Notes: a model not told the origin generated them from the sequence alone. Positions 35,955 through 50,415 are shown, counted from the whole stretch's first letter. The stretch: DNA of 60,086 nt, filler included, from Nemertoderma westbladi (GCA_032718475.1; 3 parts of 3 records of this genome joined end to end with filler, not necessarily neighbours in it); one strand, 5' to 3'. Program-made: numbers and translations.

Positions 35955-38859
35955 CTAAAAATATTGTTTCTTGCGTTCCGCCTTAGCTAGTTTTCTCATC
36001 ATTTTTCGCTGCCTTTTCATTTCCTTCCGTTGCTGCTTACTGTAACCGTGGTAACGGTGTCCATCGGAAGACGAGCTAGAAGAGGAAGATGAAGAACTGG
36101 AAGATGAAGAACTTCGTCGGTTGTGTTTGTGCTTTTTGTGTTTGTGCATCTTTCGAGCGTGAGCTTGCCCCCCTAGTAGGGAGAATATTAATAATGAATC
36201 ATGAGCGAGGTGTTAGTATACTAATCACTAATATATTGCTAATAACTAATGAAAAAAGTGAGAAATCAATAAATTTAATATGGAACATGAACTGTTAACA
36301 TATCCTACTATTTTGTTATATTTTAAATCGATTTCCAAAGATGTACAAACAATTTCCATGTAATTAGGCAATGAATGAAATATGACCAACATTGTCTAAT
36401 ATCTACACTTAGCGTTCTAGCAGCAGTCTAATTCTAATTCTATAGCATTGGCGATACTATCATAACGTACACTGACCTGCTGGTAAGTGCGTCTGCCCAG
36501 GAAAGGGCATAGAGGAACCTGGAGGATAACCTGAATGTTGAGAGGGACCGGATGGGTACAGAGGTCCCCCTCCAATAATTGGTCCAGTTTGGGGGTACGG
36601 TATGCTCCCTTGCTCAGGGTAGGGGCTGGTACCAGGTTGAGGGTAGGGGTTGGCACCAGGTTGGGGGTATGGGTTGGCACCAGGTTGGGGGTAGGGGTTG
36701 GCACCAGGTTGGGGGTAGGGGTTGGCACCAGGTTGGGGGTAGGGGTTGGCACCAGGTTGGGGATAGGGGTTGGCACCAGGCTGGGGGTAGGGGTACCCTG
36801 GAGCGCCTATTAAGAAATACAGATATATATATAAATATAAATAGTAACATATATATAAATAGAAATAGGACCAAAATCTTTTCCGAAATATTAAAAAAAA
36901 AATTGAAAAAATAGTCTCATGAAATGATGTGGGCTTAATTAAAACAATCGTTCACTGCAGTGACTGTCAAGGTCAGGTAATCAGGTTTAAAACTTGCCAT
37001 AGCCCCATGGCATGGCCCAGCTGATGAGCGAAATAGCATACATAATGGTGGGTCTTGTGCTCCAGAGTAGGTATGGGTGATGTGCCCCATGCCATATCTG
37101 ACACTACTGCGACATCCACCCTGTGGAATGGCAAACCAGGATGTGGTATTTGCCACGAGAGCTGACTCGGCAAAAAAGCATCCCCTACCCCTAGTTGAAT
37201 CCTTACAAAAAGTGCGCTGGATAGAAAAGCTAGAGAAAATCTAAATTTCAAGTCAAAATGCATCAGGCGCCACTGCGCCAGTTAAAAAAAAGATTAAGGA
37301 TATTTTATGTGAATTACTGTGAATAACACGGACCCCAACCCCCACCATCCGTCCATTGATAAATATGAATTAAAGAGATGAATTACGGTACGGTTCTAAA
37401 GGTGAAGGGATACAATACATTATATTGTACTTGGCCTACTTTTTACTTTATGTTTTCTGATTATTAAATAATTTATGTAGTTTAGTTAGGAATTACTTAA
37501 TAATATTACCAATCAACAGAACTGACTTCAAGCATAGTATTATTTATTATGAAAAAATTAAGGAATACAATTTAAAAATTATGTATGACCAAGGCTGCAA
37601 ATCATCATTGAACCACGCACAATTTTTCAGCCTCGCTGCAATGTTGTCCAATACTACAATGTGTAGTGTACATACCAAGTAAATCACACAAAGTAAACAT
37701 TAACAGCGCCATGAATACTGTAATAAGACATGCAAGGAATAGTCAATCAGATATAGTTTACTGAATGTTAAACAGGTTGTTTAGCTGTTGACAGAAATAA
37801 TAGTATAAATAATAGTGTCAACAGAAATTCAGTCCATCTTCAACAGGACTTCATCTCTGGAATAGATTGTTCTCGGCCGGGACCCAGTTCAAGGAGCGAA
37901 ATGCAAAGCTGAGGACACAAATTGGACCCTGTGGTCACAAGTCCCAGATAGACCATTTATTTTGAATCCATTATATATTCTGTTTCGTAATAAACACAGG
38001 AGTTCTATGCATGACTGTACACGATTTTCTCTTCACACCTTCACCAGTGATAATCGTCTCATAGAGGCTAAGATAAATCAATGCCTTACAAGACAATACA
38101 CTCTCTTTAAATATTTAAAAAACAGAACATATCTTCCCCATTAGTTCAAATAGGCGACAAAACGATTAAACTCAAACAACAACACAATTTCTAGGTATAT
38201 AGGCCTACACATACAAATTAAACTATCAAGGAAGACACACAACACACTGCATCCTTTCCAAAATGTCAAAATCATATGGAATTTTCTTTTTAAGTTAGGC
38301 CTACTTTATAATTTTCCACTTAGAATTCTTAGGCTACTGCTGTACTGTAAACAGTAACAGTACTACTCATTATTGTACTTCTCATATAGTATTCTACTAT
38401 GGGGAAGATAAGTGCATAATAAGTATATAAACCTATTAAAATTACTATAATGCCACACCTGGATACGTGCCATTAGTTTAAACCATTATCATGCTCATTC
38501 AGCACCCATTTAGAAATCTCTAAAAAATTCCCTATCGATTTAGTAGCCTTAGGCCTACCTATATGGCCTAGAATTGTCAAAATTTTTGTACGCCATCCGC
38601 TAGCCCGCAATGAAAAGAAACCGCAAGCACTTACTGTACTTAATTATTTCAAAAGACATCCCAAATACATACACACAGTAATGGCAGAATGCAGGAATGA
38701 CGAACCTTGTTGTTGGTGATACGGCTGGTTGGCATGCCCATGCGATTGGCCAGGATATCCGTATTGATATAGGTTATTTGAATCAGGGGCGTTCATTGGT
38801 GGATATGCGAGTGATGGATTCCCGGTCGGAGTTGGTTCGTAGGGGTTAGGGTATGACAT
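35955..38859 (-). CDS. Three-exon PRR13-like proline-rich protein (~244 aa): exons 38859-38673, 36806-36477, 36172-35955
   Basis: ACCATG start; GTATGT and GTCAGT donors and TAG acceptors are all phase 1 and join into one frame (187+330+218=735 nt). Product has (YPQPGAN)n repeats then [14 protein letters not shown] and a poly-Ser tract, as in the PRR13 C-terminus. Confidence 0.75.
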
Positions 38860-39542
38860 GGTAAAATGCAGCACTCAGAAAACAATGGAAACCAAGCTCA
38901 GACAAACAGAAGCAGGATACTGTCTGACTGGGGCTGGGGTATCAGTGTATGTAGGCCTATGTCTATCAGTCTGTCAGTTCAGCAGTTATCTTATCGCATA
39001 CAGACATAACATACAGGCATAGCCTACCCCTGTACCCCCTACCGTTAACTCATTAAGGTTTGTATAATAGGCACATCAACCACGAAGATCACGAAGGTCT
39101 CTTAAACGCTCGTGCTGCTATGTGCTGTTCAATACAGCAATAGAAACAATACGCTAACTGGCTAACGCCTAACGCTAGGCCTACCCCTTTCTGCCATTTT
39201 ACTGCAGTCAGCAGTCAGGCAGTGTACTATACGTACAGCTGTACAGTAGTATACTGGTATAGTGCTGATGGAAAGACAAAATTGGACCAAAAGTCCAAAA
39301 TTGGATGCGCAAAACTTTAAATGACGGTTGTCTTTGTGGTGCACCGTGAAATTTTCTCGTGCACGGTTACTGGGTTAAAACTCTTATTTTGTAGTAAAGA
39401 ACATGTACAGATGTAGGTTAAATTTCAGATCCCGTCTGAAAAAATTGTAGGCCGTGGAAAATTCACTGTAATTCATATCAAAATTAATTCCGATATTGGA
39501 ATGGAAGTCCAATTTTGACAAGTCCAAAATCGCCTACCGGTA

Positions 39543-39642
39543 NNNNNNNNNNNNNNNNNNNNNNNNNNNNNNNNNNNNNNNNNNNNTTAATTAATTAANN
39601 NNNNNNNNNNNNNNNNNNNNNNNNNNNNNNNNNNNNNNNNNN
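39543..39642. other. Assembly gap with TTAATTAATTAA linker
   Basis: N-run, linker, N-run. Confidence 0.97.
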
Positions 39643-41355
39643 AATTAGAAATACAGAGATATGAAATGGCCCTAAAACCTAAAACAAATATATTAAATGG
39701 CCTTCCTAGGAAAATACACCCATGTTAGATTGAGTTCATAATCTACAGTTAATTATATTAAATTTATTAACAGTGGCCCCTTTATAATATCAAAATATAA
39801 AATATGGCCCTAAATTCATAAATTAATTTTATTGATGTCTATTGGCAGAAATAGACTGGCAGACAGACATGTGTCAAACGGAAAAGGCAGGGGGAAGATA
39901 ATTGGGATTACAATCAGAGATGTGAGGCAAAGGTGGCTTCTACTGCTTGCCTTGCCATTTGCCCATCGCCTTATAAGTTAATAATAAAAGTAAGTAATAA
40001 TAGTAAAGTGAAATTCTCCTCCAGTTTCGTTATTTATGATACGTTAAGCTGAAACTTGTGAAATCAATACTATAATACAACCTGCGCTGCATCATTGGGG
40101 AGAAAATGATCCATATGCAGATTTTTAAGTTTTTTATATGCAGTTTTAAATTTCACAAAATTTAAAACCTTCGATATTTCATATTTTATAATCATTTTGA
40201 CGTGATACCTGGCAATCATTATAGTAATAATTAAGGTGCATAATACTAGCTCAGGCACATTTTCCATACAAAAACGTGCATTTATAATCTCTGTACCTGT
40301 AAATTTCAGATTATATCAGGCTCAGCATATTATAGTTAACCCCCTCCCCTCATACCTCCCATACCGTTGTTTACAGCAGTTATTGTATTATATAATAAAT
40401 AATATCCACCAAAATCCCAATTGAAGTGCGATATCAAGATTTCCTTAGAATATTCCCTGAATTAGAAATACAGAGATATGAAATGGCCCTAAAACCCAAA
40501 ACAAACATATTAAATGGCCTTCCTAGGAAAATACACTCATGTTAGATTGAGTTCATATTGTACAGTTAAATTACATTAAATTTATTAACAGTGGCCCTAT
40601 CAAAATATATAAAATGACCTTTTAGATTTACAGTAAATATATTGCAGCCAATTGGAAAATATAATTTGGCAATTGGCAATTACGATTCCCCGTACTTAGT
40701 TCCAATTTAAGCCTCATGCGAATTTAGTTCCAATGGAAAAGAATTTAGTTCCAATGGAAACGAATTTAGTTCCAATTTTGGCGAATTTATTTCCAATTTA
40801 GGCGAACTTAGTTCCAATAACTAGAGAAAAAAGTTCGTACCCATTGGAACTAAATTCGCTTCCATTGGAACTAAATTCGCATCCATTGGAACTAAATTCG
40901 CATGCATTGGAACTAAATTCGCTTCCATTGGAACTAAGTTCGTTTTGATATTCTGGGATTGGAACTAAGTTCGCCTCGATTGGAACTAAGTTCGCTTTGT
41001 AAAATTTATTTTGGAACTAAATGCGTTTCAATTGGAACTACATAAGTTCGCCTTTGAAAATGTGCGATTGGAACTAAGTTCGTGCTAACCTTATGAGTTA
41101 CCAGTGGAGCACGGGCCTTTTAGTAGAAGCCACATTCAGCGTCACACCTCTGATTGTAGTTTAGGAATGTAATTTTGTAAATTTAGGGCCATTTTTTATA
41201 TTTTTATATTTTGTTAGGGCCACTATTAATAAATTTAATGTAATTTAACTGTACAATATGAACACAATCTAACACGGATGTGTTTTCCTTGGAAGGCCAT
41301 TTAATATATTTGTTTTAGGTTTAAGGGCCATTTCATATTTTCAAATCTCTGTATC
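39643..41355. repeat. Compound repeat: ~170-bp block at 39643 and ~40460 (direct) and ~41180-41355 (inverted), around a palindromic ~20-bp array
   Basis: ATACAGAGATATGAAATGGCCCT block in three copies; 40695-40820 carries CGAATTTAGTTCCAA units and 40843-41085 the reverse complement TTGGAACTAA(A/G)TTCG. Confidence 0.8.
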
Positions 41356-41555
41356 TTCAAAATCAAGGAATGTTTTGTATTAGAAACTAGGGGATTCGCA
41401 AAGGGGTGAAAATGTTGTCTTTGTCAGGTTCCACCTCAGTCAAATTGGTTGCGCTCACGCTTATGGGGGGGGGGGGGGGGGGGGGGGGGGGGTGTGTTGT
41501 TACTACCTAAAGTAACCTATTGTATTACGGCAATTCAATTCCTATATTAATGATT

Positions 41556-41932
41556 GTGGCCCTCATTAGACAATGTTCCTAAGGGCCATTTAAAAGGAAG
41601 TGGCCCATTCATGACAATGTCCAATTTGAGCCACTTAAATATAAAATAGCCCTCAGTAGTGAGTAGACAATGTTCGTAAGGGCCATTTAAAAGGAAGTGG
41701 CCCATTTAAGACAATGTCTCATTTGAGCCACTTAAATGTAAAATGGCCCTCAGTAAACAATGTTTGTAAGGGCCATTTAAAAGGAAGTGGCCCATTCAAG
41801 ACAATGTCTCATTTGAGCCACTTAAATGTAAAATGGCCCTCAGTAAACAATGTTTGTAAGGGCCATTTAAAAGGAAGTGGCCCATTTAAGACAATGTCTC
41901 ATTTGAGCCACTTAAATCTAAAATGGCCCTAG
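41556..41932. repeat. ~90-bp tandem repeat, 4 copies, plus a dispersed copy at ~42254-42360
   Basis: AAGGGCCATTTAAAAGGAAGTGGCCCATT...GACAATGTC...TTTGAGCCACTTAAAT recurring. Confidence 0.9.
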
Positions 41933-43671
41933 ATGGCAATAGATACGAATTGATTTCTACATCTTGTTTCTCGCATTACATGTGTTTTACGTTGGTTCTG
42001 AATTCATTGGAATAAATAAAAACGGCTTTAGACATTTCAAATTGTATTTTTCGGAGGTGTGTGCCAAATTAATAATAAACAAAACTAATAACAAAATTTT
42101 AATAAAAAAAACTTCCCAAGAAATTGGAATATTTATAATCAGCGCCCCAGAAAACCTAAAAATGTGATTTTAAGCACGCTAATAAGAGTAAATTTTTTAT
42201 TATTATTTCCGGTATGAATAGGGTTAAAGGTGTAAAAAGGGTAAAAAGTTAAAGTGGCCCATTCAAGACAATGTCTCATTGGAGCCACTTAAATGGCCCT
42301 CAGTAGACACTGTTCCTAAGGGCCATTTAAATTGGTCTGGGTCCTTCAAGACAAATCTCCCATTGGATACACGCAATGAAGGAAATGTCATATCATAGCA
42401 TAGCATAGCATAGCATAGTATAATACCATAGCATACATACATAACATAACATAATGCATAACTATATAATAATTCAGCTGGTCGAGACAATGACAAATAT
42501 AGAATAGGCCCTATAACAATATTATAGATATAGAATAATAATGAAATTTATAGAGGCACATAAATAATGGCTATAATAATGTAGCACATACTGAATTTGT
42601 AAGGCTGAAGTGTTTTCAATACTAACTGCTAATGGATTATATTCCTGTCGCTAGAATATCGTTTCTAGTAGTCGTGAAATGTTAGGATACATACCTAACA
42701 TAACATCTACAGTTAGTTATCATAGCATGCATAGCATACATCTTATATCAGCAAACCAAACATAAACTGTAGCATGCCCTAAGACTAAGGGTCGGACGAT
42801 ACCATGCCAAGCATAGTTATATACCATACCATACATACCTTAAATAGCATGCAACATTGTAATCCTAAAGTATATTTCCTTGTTTTTTAGGTTTCAAACT
42901 ATGTTTTGTTAAACTGTAGTGGCCGCTAAATGAATCAAGTTTCCATAATTATTCATGTGTATTCATGTTGTATTTGTGCAAATTATCAAACCTTCCGTTT
43001 GGCACAGCTTAGTGAAGTACAAGAGACGGCGAAGCACATAATAACAAAGAATCGAATATAGTGGCTGCAGATATGGTTTGACAGATGGGAGCTAGGTATA
43101 TTAGGTAGTATTTCAAGGTCTACCTTTTTTTTTTGCCTGAGCCGCTAGCGGAATGGTAAGAGCGCCAAACTGGCGGTCACCACTTCGATCCCATCTGGAC
43201 GTCATTCTCGACTTTGCTAAGCTGTGCCCAACAAAAGTTATAATAATTATTCATGAATCAATAATTATTGCTGTTCAATTTATTTCAGGGAAATTCGTTG
43301 AGTAGAAACATATGTAATTATCAGATTCTGCATTTTTGCACTTCTGTTTCTCGCTACTTTTCCTTGTTTCGGCGTCTATATTCTACCTATATTATTTTTT
43401 TTTAAAGAAAACTCTATAATTAGAGCCATTGTGTCAATTATTTTCTTCCACCACTGCGTGGAACATCGTGGTATTTATTGCTATTTCAAAATATATTTTA
43501 GAAGGAAAAAAGTTCTGGAAGGGCCATACCTCACTACTTGTTAATTAGAGCCCCCTAGTGGATCATATTAGTATTTCATTTACATCTAAGCAAGTTTGTT
43601 GGGTATGCTCAAAAGTTATATATTCGCACTGGCCCTTATCGGCCAATGCATATATATATATATATATATAT

Positions 43672-45932
43672 TCAGGAGATCAACTTCCTATGCTCAGCGA
43701 ACTGGAAATCCCTAGGATGTACATCCCCGTCCATTCGGGTCCAATCAACTACCAGCTACATATTTTCTCAGACGCTTCTAAAGTGGCCTACGGTACAGTA
43801 TTGTACATCCGATCTGTAAGTGAAAATGAAATAAATTCATCTTTCGTTTTCAGCAAAGGTAAGTTAGTTCGTACAGCCTCTGGACATTCAGTTCCTCGAT
43901 TAGAGCTCCAAGCTGCAGTTTTAGCAGCACAGGTAAGTGAAACTGTGTTAGAATCCCTAGACTTACCAATCGCTAAATGTTATTTTTGGACAGACTCTAC
44001 TGTCGTACTTGGGTACATAAACAACACCGTCAAGCAATTTCGATGTTTTGTTCACAACCGCGCTAAGTATATCCTTGATCGTACAACCAGTTCACAATGG
44101 CAACATGTACCTGGTCATTTAAACCCTGCAGATGACATTACTCGTGGGCTTACAGCAGTCAAGCTCATTAATTCACAGAAGTGGTGGCATGGGCCTCCTT
44201 TTCTCGTTCAGCCTGAGGAAACATGGACGACAGTATCAACCATATGCCCAGAAACTATCACTAATACACTAATCAATAACCCAGATGTGCTAACTTCTCA
44301 TATATTGGTATCATCTGATATTGATTATAACGATGACATCACCATGACAGACTTCTGGTTTGACATAGTTGTCGAAGAACAGACACCATACCACAATCCT
44401 GACACTGAAATAATTCTTAATGTCCACATTGATTCTAACACAGCATTTAATGCTATAGGTTCGCTTATAGCTAAACATTCGTCATGGAATAAATTACAGA
44501 CTCTGTTCGCATGGATCTTACGTCTTTGCAAGTATTCTTTAAATCCAAATTCGGTCTTAAATCTTAAAGGGAAATTTGTCTCGGTAAGTGAACGTCACCA
44601 TGCTGGACGATGTCTAATTTATTTCTCACAGAGGCAATCCTATCCCAACGAAATTCAAATGTTACTGCAATCATCCCCAGTAGCTTGCTCAAGCCCACTA
44701 GCTAATCTAGCCCCAATCCTAACTCAGGATGGTTTATTGCGGGTAGGTGGCCGCATTACCTCCGCCCCAGTATCCTACGATACAAAACTCCCTATAATTT
44801 TGAGTAAGTTACACCCACTTACAAATGTCATAGTATGGCACTGGCACATCTATTTATTACATGCCGGTCCCAACCAAGTAGTTGCCAAGGTAAGGGAATC
44901 CTATTGGATCCCTGGCCTTATCACTTTCTGCAAGTCTTTAATACGTAAGTGCTTTAAATGTCGGCAATGTAAGGCTCCACGTGTGAATCAGCTTATGGCG
45001 CCATTGCCGTCCTCTAGACTGACCCCATATGAGCCGCCATTTACGTTTTCAGCCGTTGATATGTTTGGTCCACTAAAGGTCAAATACGGGAGAGGTTCTA
45101 TAAAGCGTTATGCCTTTATCTTTACGTGCCTTAACTGTAGAGCAGTACACCTCGATGTAGCTGCTGATGCATCAGCTGATGCCTTTATCAATGTGTTCTC
45201 CCGTTTTAAAGCACAGAGAGGTTCGCCAAAGGAATAGTTTCAGACAATGGGGGAAACTTCGTAGGTGCCGATTCAGAATTACGGCAAAACCTGGAACTAT
45301 GGGAACATCAGATCGATATTGCCCTGCGCCCAAAGGGCATTACATGGAAATTTATAACACCGTACGCCCCCCATATGGGTGGTGTATATGAACGGCTGAT
45401 CCGTTCAATCAAACAAGTTCTGTTTCAGGTCCTTGGAAATTCTCTTGTCACAGATGACGTGTTAGTGACATCATTAGCAGAAGTAGAGTGCATTCTAAAC
45501 AGCCGCCCCTTGTGCCTTAGTACCGATGACCCTAAAGCTGATGAAATATTAACTCCGAACCACCTTCTATTACAGCGCCCTGCTTACAATTTACCACCAG
45601 GTCCCATCTACGACAGTGATACATACTCAACTCGTAAATGGCGCCAGGCTCAGTTACTAGCCAATCATTTTTGGACCCGCTGGGTACGCGAATACTTAGT
45701 GACACTTCAATCAAGACAGAAGTGGACACGTGTTCGCAACAACCTTGCAGTAGGCGATGTCGTATTGCTTGTAGATGAAGGTCAAACACGCAGTAGTTGG
45801 AGTGTGGGTCGTATAACGCAAGTATACCCTGATGATGTGGGGTTAATTAGATCAGTTGAAGTAAAAACCTCCTTGGGAGTTTACAAAAGACCACTTGATA
45901 AACTATGCCTCTTAGAGGAAATAAATAAGTGA
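43672..45932 (+). mobile_element. BEL/Pao pol 3' fragment (RNase H, integrase, C-terminal domain) with one frameshift
   Basis: LHIFSDAS..AYG, PRLEL, WTDS, NPAD, LRVGGR, H..H..C..C, VDMFGP; frameshift near 45232 into SDNGGNF; GGVYERLIRSIK, LNSRPL, FWTRWVREYL. The 5' end abuts a (TA)n run. Confidence 0.95.
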
Positions 45933-46354
45933 CAATAAACTACTACTAAAATTAATTAACTAATAAACCAGCATACTTTGTATACTTATCAAATATTAAA
46001 TAATTTCCCTAAATTTCCTTTTAGGTTTTGGCTACCAAAATTCCTGGGTATGATGTGATGGTCGTCCACATCTTTGTTGACTACCACTGAAGGATGCATA
46101 TTGAACTCGGTTAAATGGAACTATAAGCAACGAACTATAAAATTATAACTAGAGATCCATTGTTAAAGAGATTATTAAGTATTAACCGTTGGTGATGGTC
46201 GAGCTTACATGGTACATTGTAAACTATGTAATGTAGTGGTGTAATTCATAAGTATTTTGAAATTACTCACCCTATAGTATTTATTCGCTCTAACTAATCT
46301 ATCACCACACTCCTAACAACCTAATCTATAATCCTAAATCATTGTGTCATAATT

Positions 46355-47198
46355 GTGGCTGGCCACGAGAAAAGGGACCTTATGTCGCAAAACCTGATTC
46401 TGAGATAATCGCGTTTAAAGTTTCCCTCTATTTTTGAACAAATTTAATTGGATTATCAATTTAGAAATGTATAAAACGATGAGGGAAATTCAAATTGGTT
46501 CTGATATTCAATATACCTAGGAAATTACTAATTACGGGAAGCAATATAAGATGTAGCAGTATTCTATATCCCACTGTTTTAGGGTTTTCATGTCTGAATT
46601 TAGGACTGAAATAAATTCTACTACTGTACAGTAATATGTAGGTACTGTAGGCCTACAGTTATTTATGAAATGCAATATAGCTTTCATTTTCTTAATTTCT
46701 CTTCGTTAGTTCTGAAATTTTGTAATCCCAATAAAGAATTCAAAATACAAATAATTTTAAATTTTGTTAAAAAAATTTATCTTTTTGAAAAAATTTTAAA
46801 TTAAAAAAAAACTTTTTTTGGTTACATGTTTTTTTGAAAATTTTTGCAAAAATTTTTTTTTAATAGTTCATGAAGAATATTAATAGTTTCAAAGTGTTAA
46901 AAGTTGTATAAAATTCCGAATAACATTGAGCTGCCTAACTACAGTATATAGTAAGAATTGCTATGATATTATTAATATTTTCCATTTTTTTAATAATCGC
47001 TTATTATAACCGCTATTAATAAAATTTTTTTTGCTACCCGATTCAACTTCACATAAATCGCTATAACTTTTTTTTGGAAATAGATGTTGAGACACCGTTA
47101 TTTTTGTTAAAGTCTCTGGAAAATTCTGCATCTCATAGGCCTAATAACTCAAAATCGACCTCCGGTGACATAAGGTCCCTTTTCTCGTGGCCAGCCAC
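46355..47198. mobile_element. Non-autonomous DNA transposon, Sola-like
   Basis: Perfect 32-bp TIR GTGGCTGGCCACGAGAAAAGGGACCTTATGTC with AATT on both flanks (4-bp TSD); no ORF. Confidence 0.85.
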
Positions 47199-47323
47199 AA
47201 TTGTTTATCGTTTCCTATTTACATAGTGTCCTTAATATGAGATATATTATAAACAATTTTAACTTAATTTTACAAAATTGACGATGCATTATTTGGATAT
47301 TACACGTATCTTAACTTCGTCAA

Positions 47324-47588
47324 GCAGCAGCTTGGTCTAGTGGTGACATTCCTGTGCTTCCGATTAGGGAGCCCGGGTTCGATCCGTAGATGGGGAAGCA
47401 CTGTTTGGGCACAGTGCTTTAAATGCTGCAGCCTAGCCCAACCCCGGCTTTCATCCTTCAGTGGTCGATAAATGGGAACCAAGGCAACTTGGGAAACAGA
47501 GTGGAAGGGTTTACTGTGGAAGATCACCCATGGTGGTGAACAGGCATTCCTTGGCTTAACGAGCCTAAAAGATTCTCCCATTCATTCA
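47324..47588 (+). mobile_element. Full-length tRNA-derived SINE with V-domain-like core and (CATT)n tail
   Basis: A box TGGTCTAGTGG, B box GGTTCGATCC, core CTTTCATCCTTCAGTGGTCGATAAATG, 13-bp TSD TTAACTTCGTCAA. Confidence 0.9.
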
Positions 47589-48739
47589 TTAACTTCGTCA
47601 AATACATTACTGAACAAATTACATTCCTTAAAAGTATTGTATTAATAATGTTAATCTTTGACCTTCAATGACCCTTTAGATACCAAGGAGCTTCTTATCT
47701 CCTTTGTATGGTATATCCATACTTTTAAATGTTTGTCCTCTGTGTTACATGTGTTGTCTTCTGTGCGTCTGTTTCACTCGTATGGCAACTCCATACTTTT
47801 AAACGTACGTCCTATATGTATCCTTTATGTTTATCTATCATTCGTATGGTTTACCCATACTTTTAAATGTATGTCCTGTGTGTAATCTTTGTTTTGTATG
47901 TCCTGTTCGTCCACCGAGGTAAAATATAAAGGCAAGATGTTCCTTCGATTGTTTGAAATTTTTAAGATGTTTTGAGGAAGCCCAGATATCGTGTAAAAAT
48001 TTGAAAATTTTTAAGGGGGACTGTAGTGGCGGGTCTCTCTCAAACAATAAAAATATATTATCATTACATTACCGCCCATTCTCCCTGATTATTTTTACAA
48101 ACCAATATATCTATCTCATCTCCAACATACTCATTCGACCATTAGTGGCTGCCCCCATTCACAGCCGTTTATTCTATACAGATAAACAGCTGTATTCTTC
48201 CCTTCACTCCTATTCAACCATATTAGTAGGTATCTCTACTGCGCTACAATCCTTTATTACCCATTAACCAATCAAGGCCCACCACACTGTCACCCCTATT
48301 ATTACTTCACTGTATTTCTACAGCTTACCGAGCTCAACATTACTCATTCACTATGGTTGGTCTCATTCCGCAGTTTCCCAAACGGAAACTCCCCCTATTA
48401 ACACTCTTTATTACATTGTATTCTTGACTCTTACGATATTTTACGTTTATATTATTAGATCTCTTATTATGTATTAATGTTCTTATGTTTCCGTTATCTT
48501 ATTACCCCTTACCGCTTATAATCGTATATCCAATATAATCAATATAATCTTATATATTTTCTATAATAAATATGCTCCTAATTGCCAATCAAATAAACAA
48601 ATTATTCTTCTTTATGGGACGTAACCGTGTAAACTGGGTGAAATCCATCTATAGTTGAACATATTGCAATCACATAGATCATCTTATTGTTTTATACACA
48701 AGAGCATAGCAACCGCTCTTACATGTACTACACACTTCG

Positions 48740-50415
48740 GGAGACGACGCTGTGGATCTAAACTCACCCGCCACAAATAAGTCTGTTGTGGAGATCAGAG
48801 AGAGAGACTGGAAATCTGGAACACCAGACGTCTCGCAGGGACTCTCACCTCTCCTGCAGAGAGCGATAAATCACTATAGCTCCTGGAATCGGCTCTGTAA
48901 GGCCATCGTGTACTTAAAGCGATGTTTCCACCATCATTACTCCAGGACGAAGATCGCTAGTGATACCGCTCCACCGACATCTGCCAGATACTGAGACTCC
49001 TGCAATGCTATGAAGATTCCGATAAGTATTTCCTGTTGTTGAGAAATCCACAGACGCACTTAAAGGATCGTTTCTCTAGCACAATGATAGATGGGTTAAT
49101 ACGTGTTGGAGGGAGACTAACTAATGCTCCATTGTCCTTTGACACTAAATTCCCCATACTCATTAGAAATCTTGAAATACAAACCAAGATGATTGTAGAT
49201 GTTCACAGTAGGCTTTACCATGCTGGTAGAGAACGAGTTCTTAGCGAAATTCGAGCTCGCTATTATTTTTATAAACCCCGTAGAGCTCTGAACCAAGTTC
49301 TTAGGAACTGTATACCCTGTAGGAAAGCATTTAGTAGGCCTTTAACACAGCAAGAGGCAAAATTACCTAGGGAACGCGTAAGCTTCTATGAACCACCCTT
49401 TACTAATACTGGTGTGGATTGATTTGGCCCTATTGAAGTATATCGTGCTAGGACTATAATCAAGCGATGGTGTGTCATCTTTGTCTGTATGACTTGTAGA
49501 GAGATCCATCTGGATATGGTGAACGATCTATCTACCACCAGCTTCATACTGAGTTTACGCCGACAGATTGCTCGCTTTGGAACTAGCAATACGATGAGAT
49601 TGGACAAGGGAACGAACTTCATTGGTGCCAATAATGAGATCAAAGCTTACGTTAGAGATTGGAACCAAAGACAGGTGGACGATCAGCTAAGGGTAACAGC
49701 ATCTAGCTGGACCTTCAACGCCGCCGACGCACCTTGGTGGGGAGGAAGTTGGGAGAGATTGATAAGGAGCGTGAAGACTGCATTTCACTTTATAGTGCCT
49801 TGCCGCGCGTATCTCACCGACGAACTTTTGCGGACGTTAATGGAGGAAATTGCCGCCTATCTTAACGAGAGACCGCTTATGCCAGTCTCATCGAGTCCCG
49901 ACTCCCTAGAAGCGCTAACACCCGCGCATTTCCTACTGAAGAAACCTGTCGCCATGCTCCCACGATCAGAAGTTACGGACGGAGACGAATACTGCTGACA
50001 AACTTGGCAACTTATGCAGTTATTATCCCGTCATTTCGCTGACCATTTCAAAAAATATTATCTGCCTACGCTACAACTTTGAACCAAATGGTTTGCGCAG
50101 CAGGAAAACGTCAGCGCCGGAGACATGGTACTTATTGTGGACTCAGATCTTCCACGTAAGCGGTGGCAGACAGGTCGTATCATCGAGACTCATATCTCCG
50201 ATGATGGTTTGGTGCGATCGGTAGAACTCATCGTCATGCGACGTAACTTTAAGAAACCTGGAATTGTATTCGAAACGCAACAACTCAATCGCCCAGTTGG
50301 TTGTTTATGTTTACTGGAAAGAGACCGAGAACTGACCGGAAACTATGGAAGGCAAGACACTCTTCCCACGACCACCTCCCTAATCCAACAAACATCTAGG
50401 GGCTCCCCAACGTAG
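48740..50415 (+). mobile_element. Second, decayed BEL/Pao pol fragment (integrase region) with in-frame stops
   Basis: YSSWNRL, IRVGGRL, H..H..C..C, PPFTNTGVD*FGP, DKGTNF, WGGSWERLIRSVK, LNERPL, LTPAHFL, SDDGLVRSV; a different family from 43672-45932. Confidence 0.93.

Noticed and set aside
33215-39378. piggyBac-like TTAACCCAGT...ACTGGGTTAA ends enclosing the PRR13-like gene
   Set aside because: Only 10 bp match including TTAA, with no further inverted similarity or transposase.
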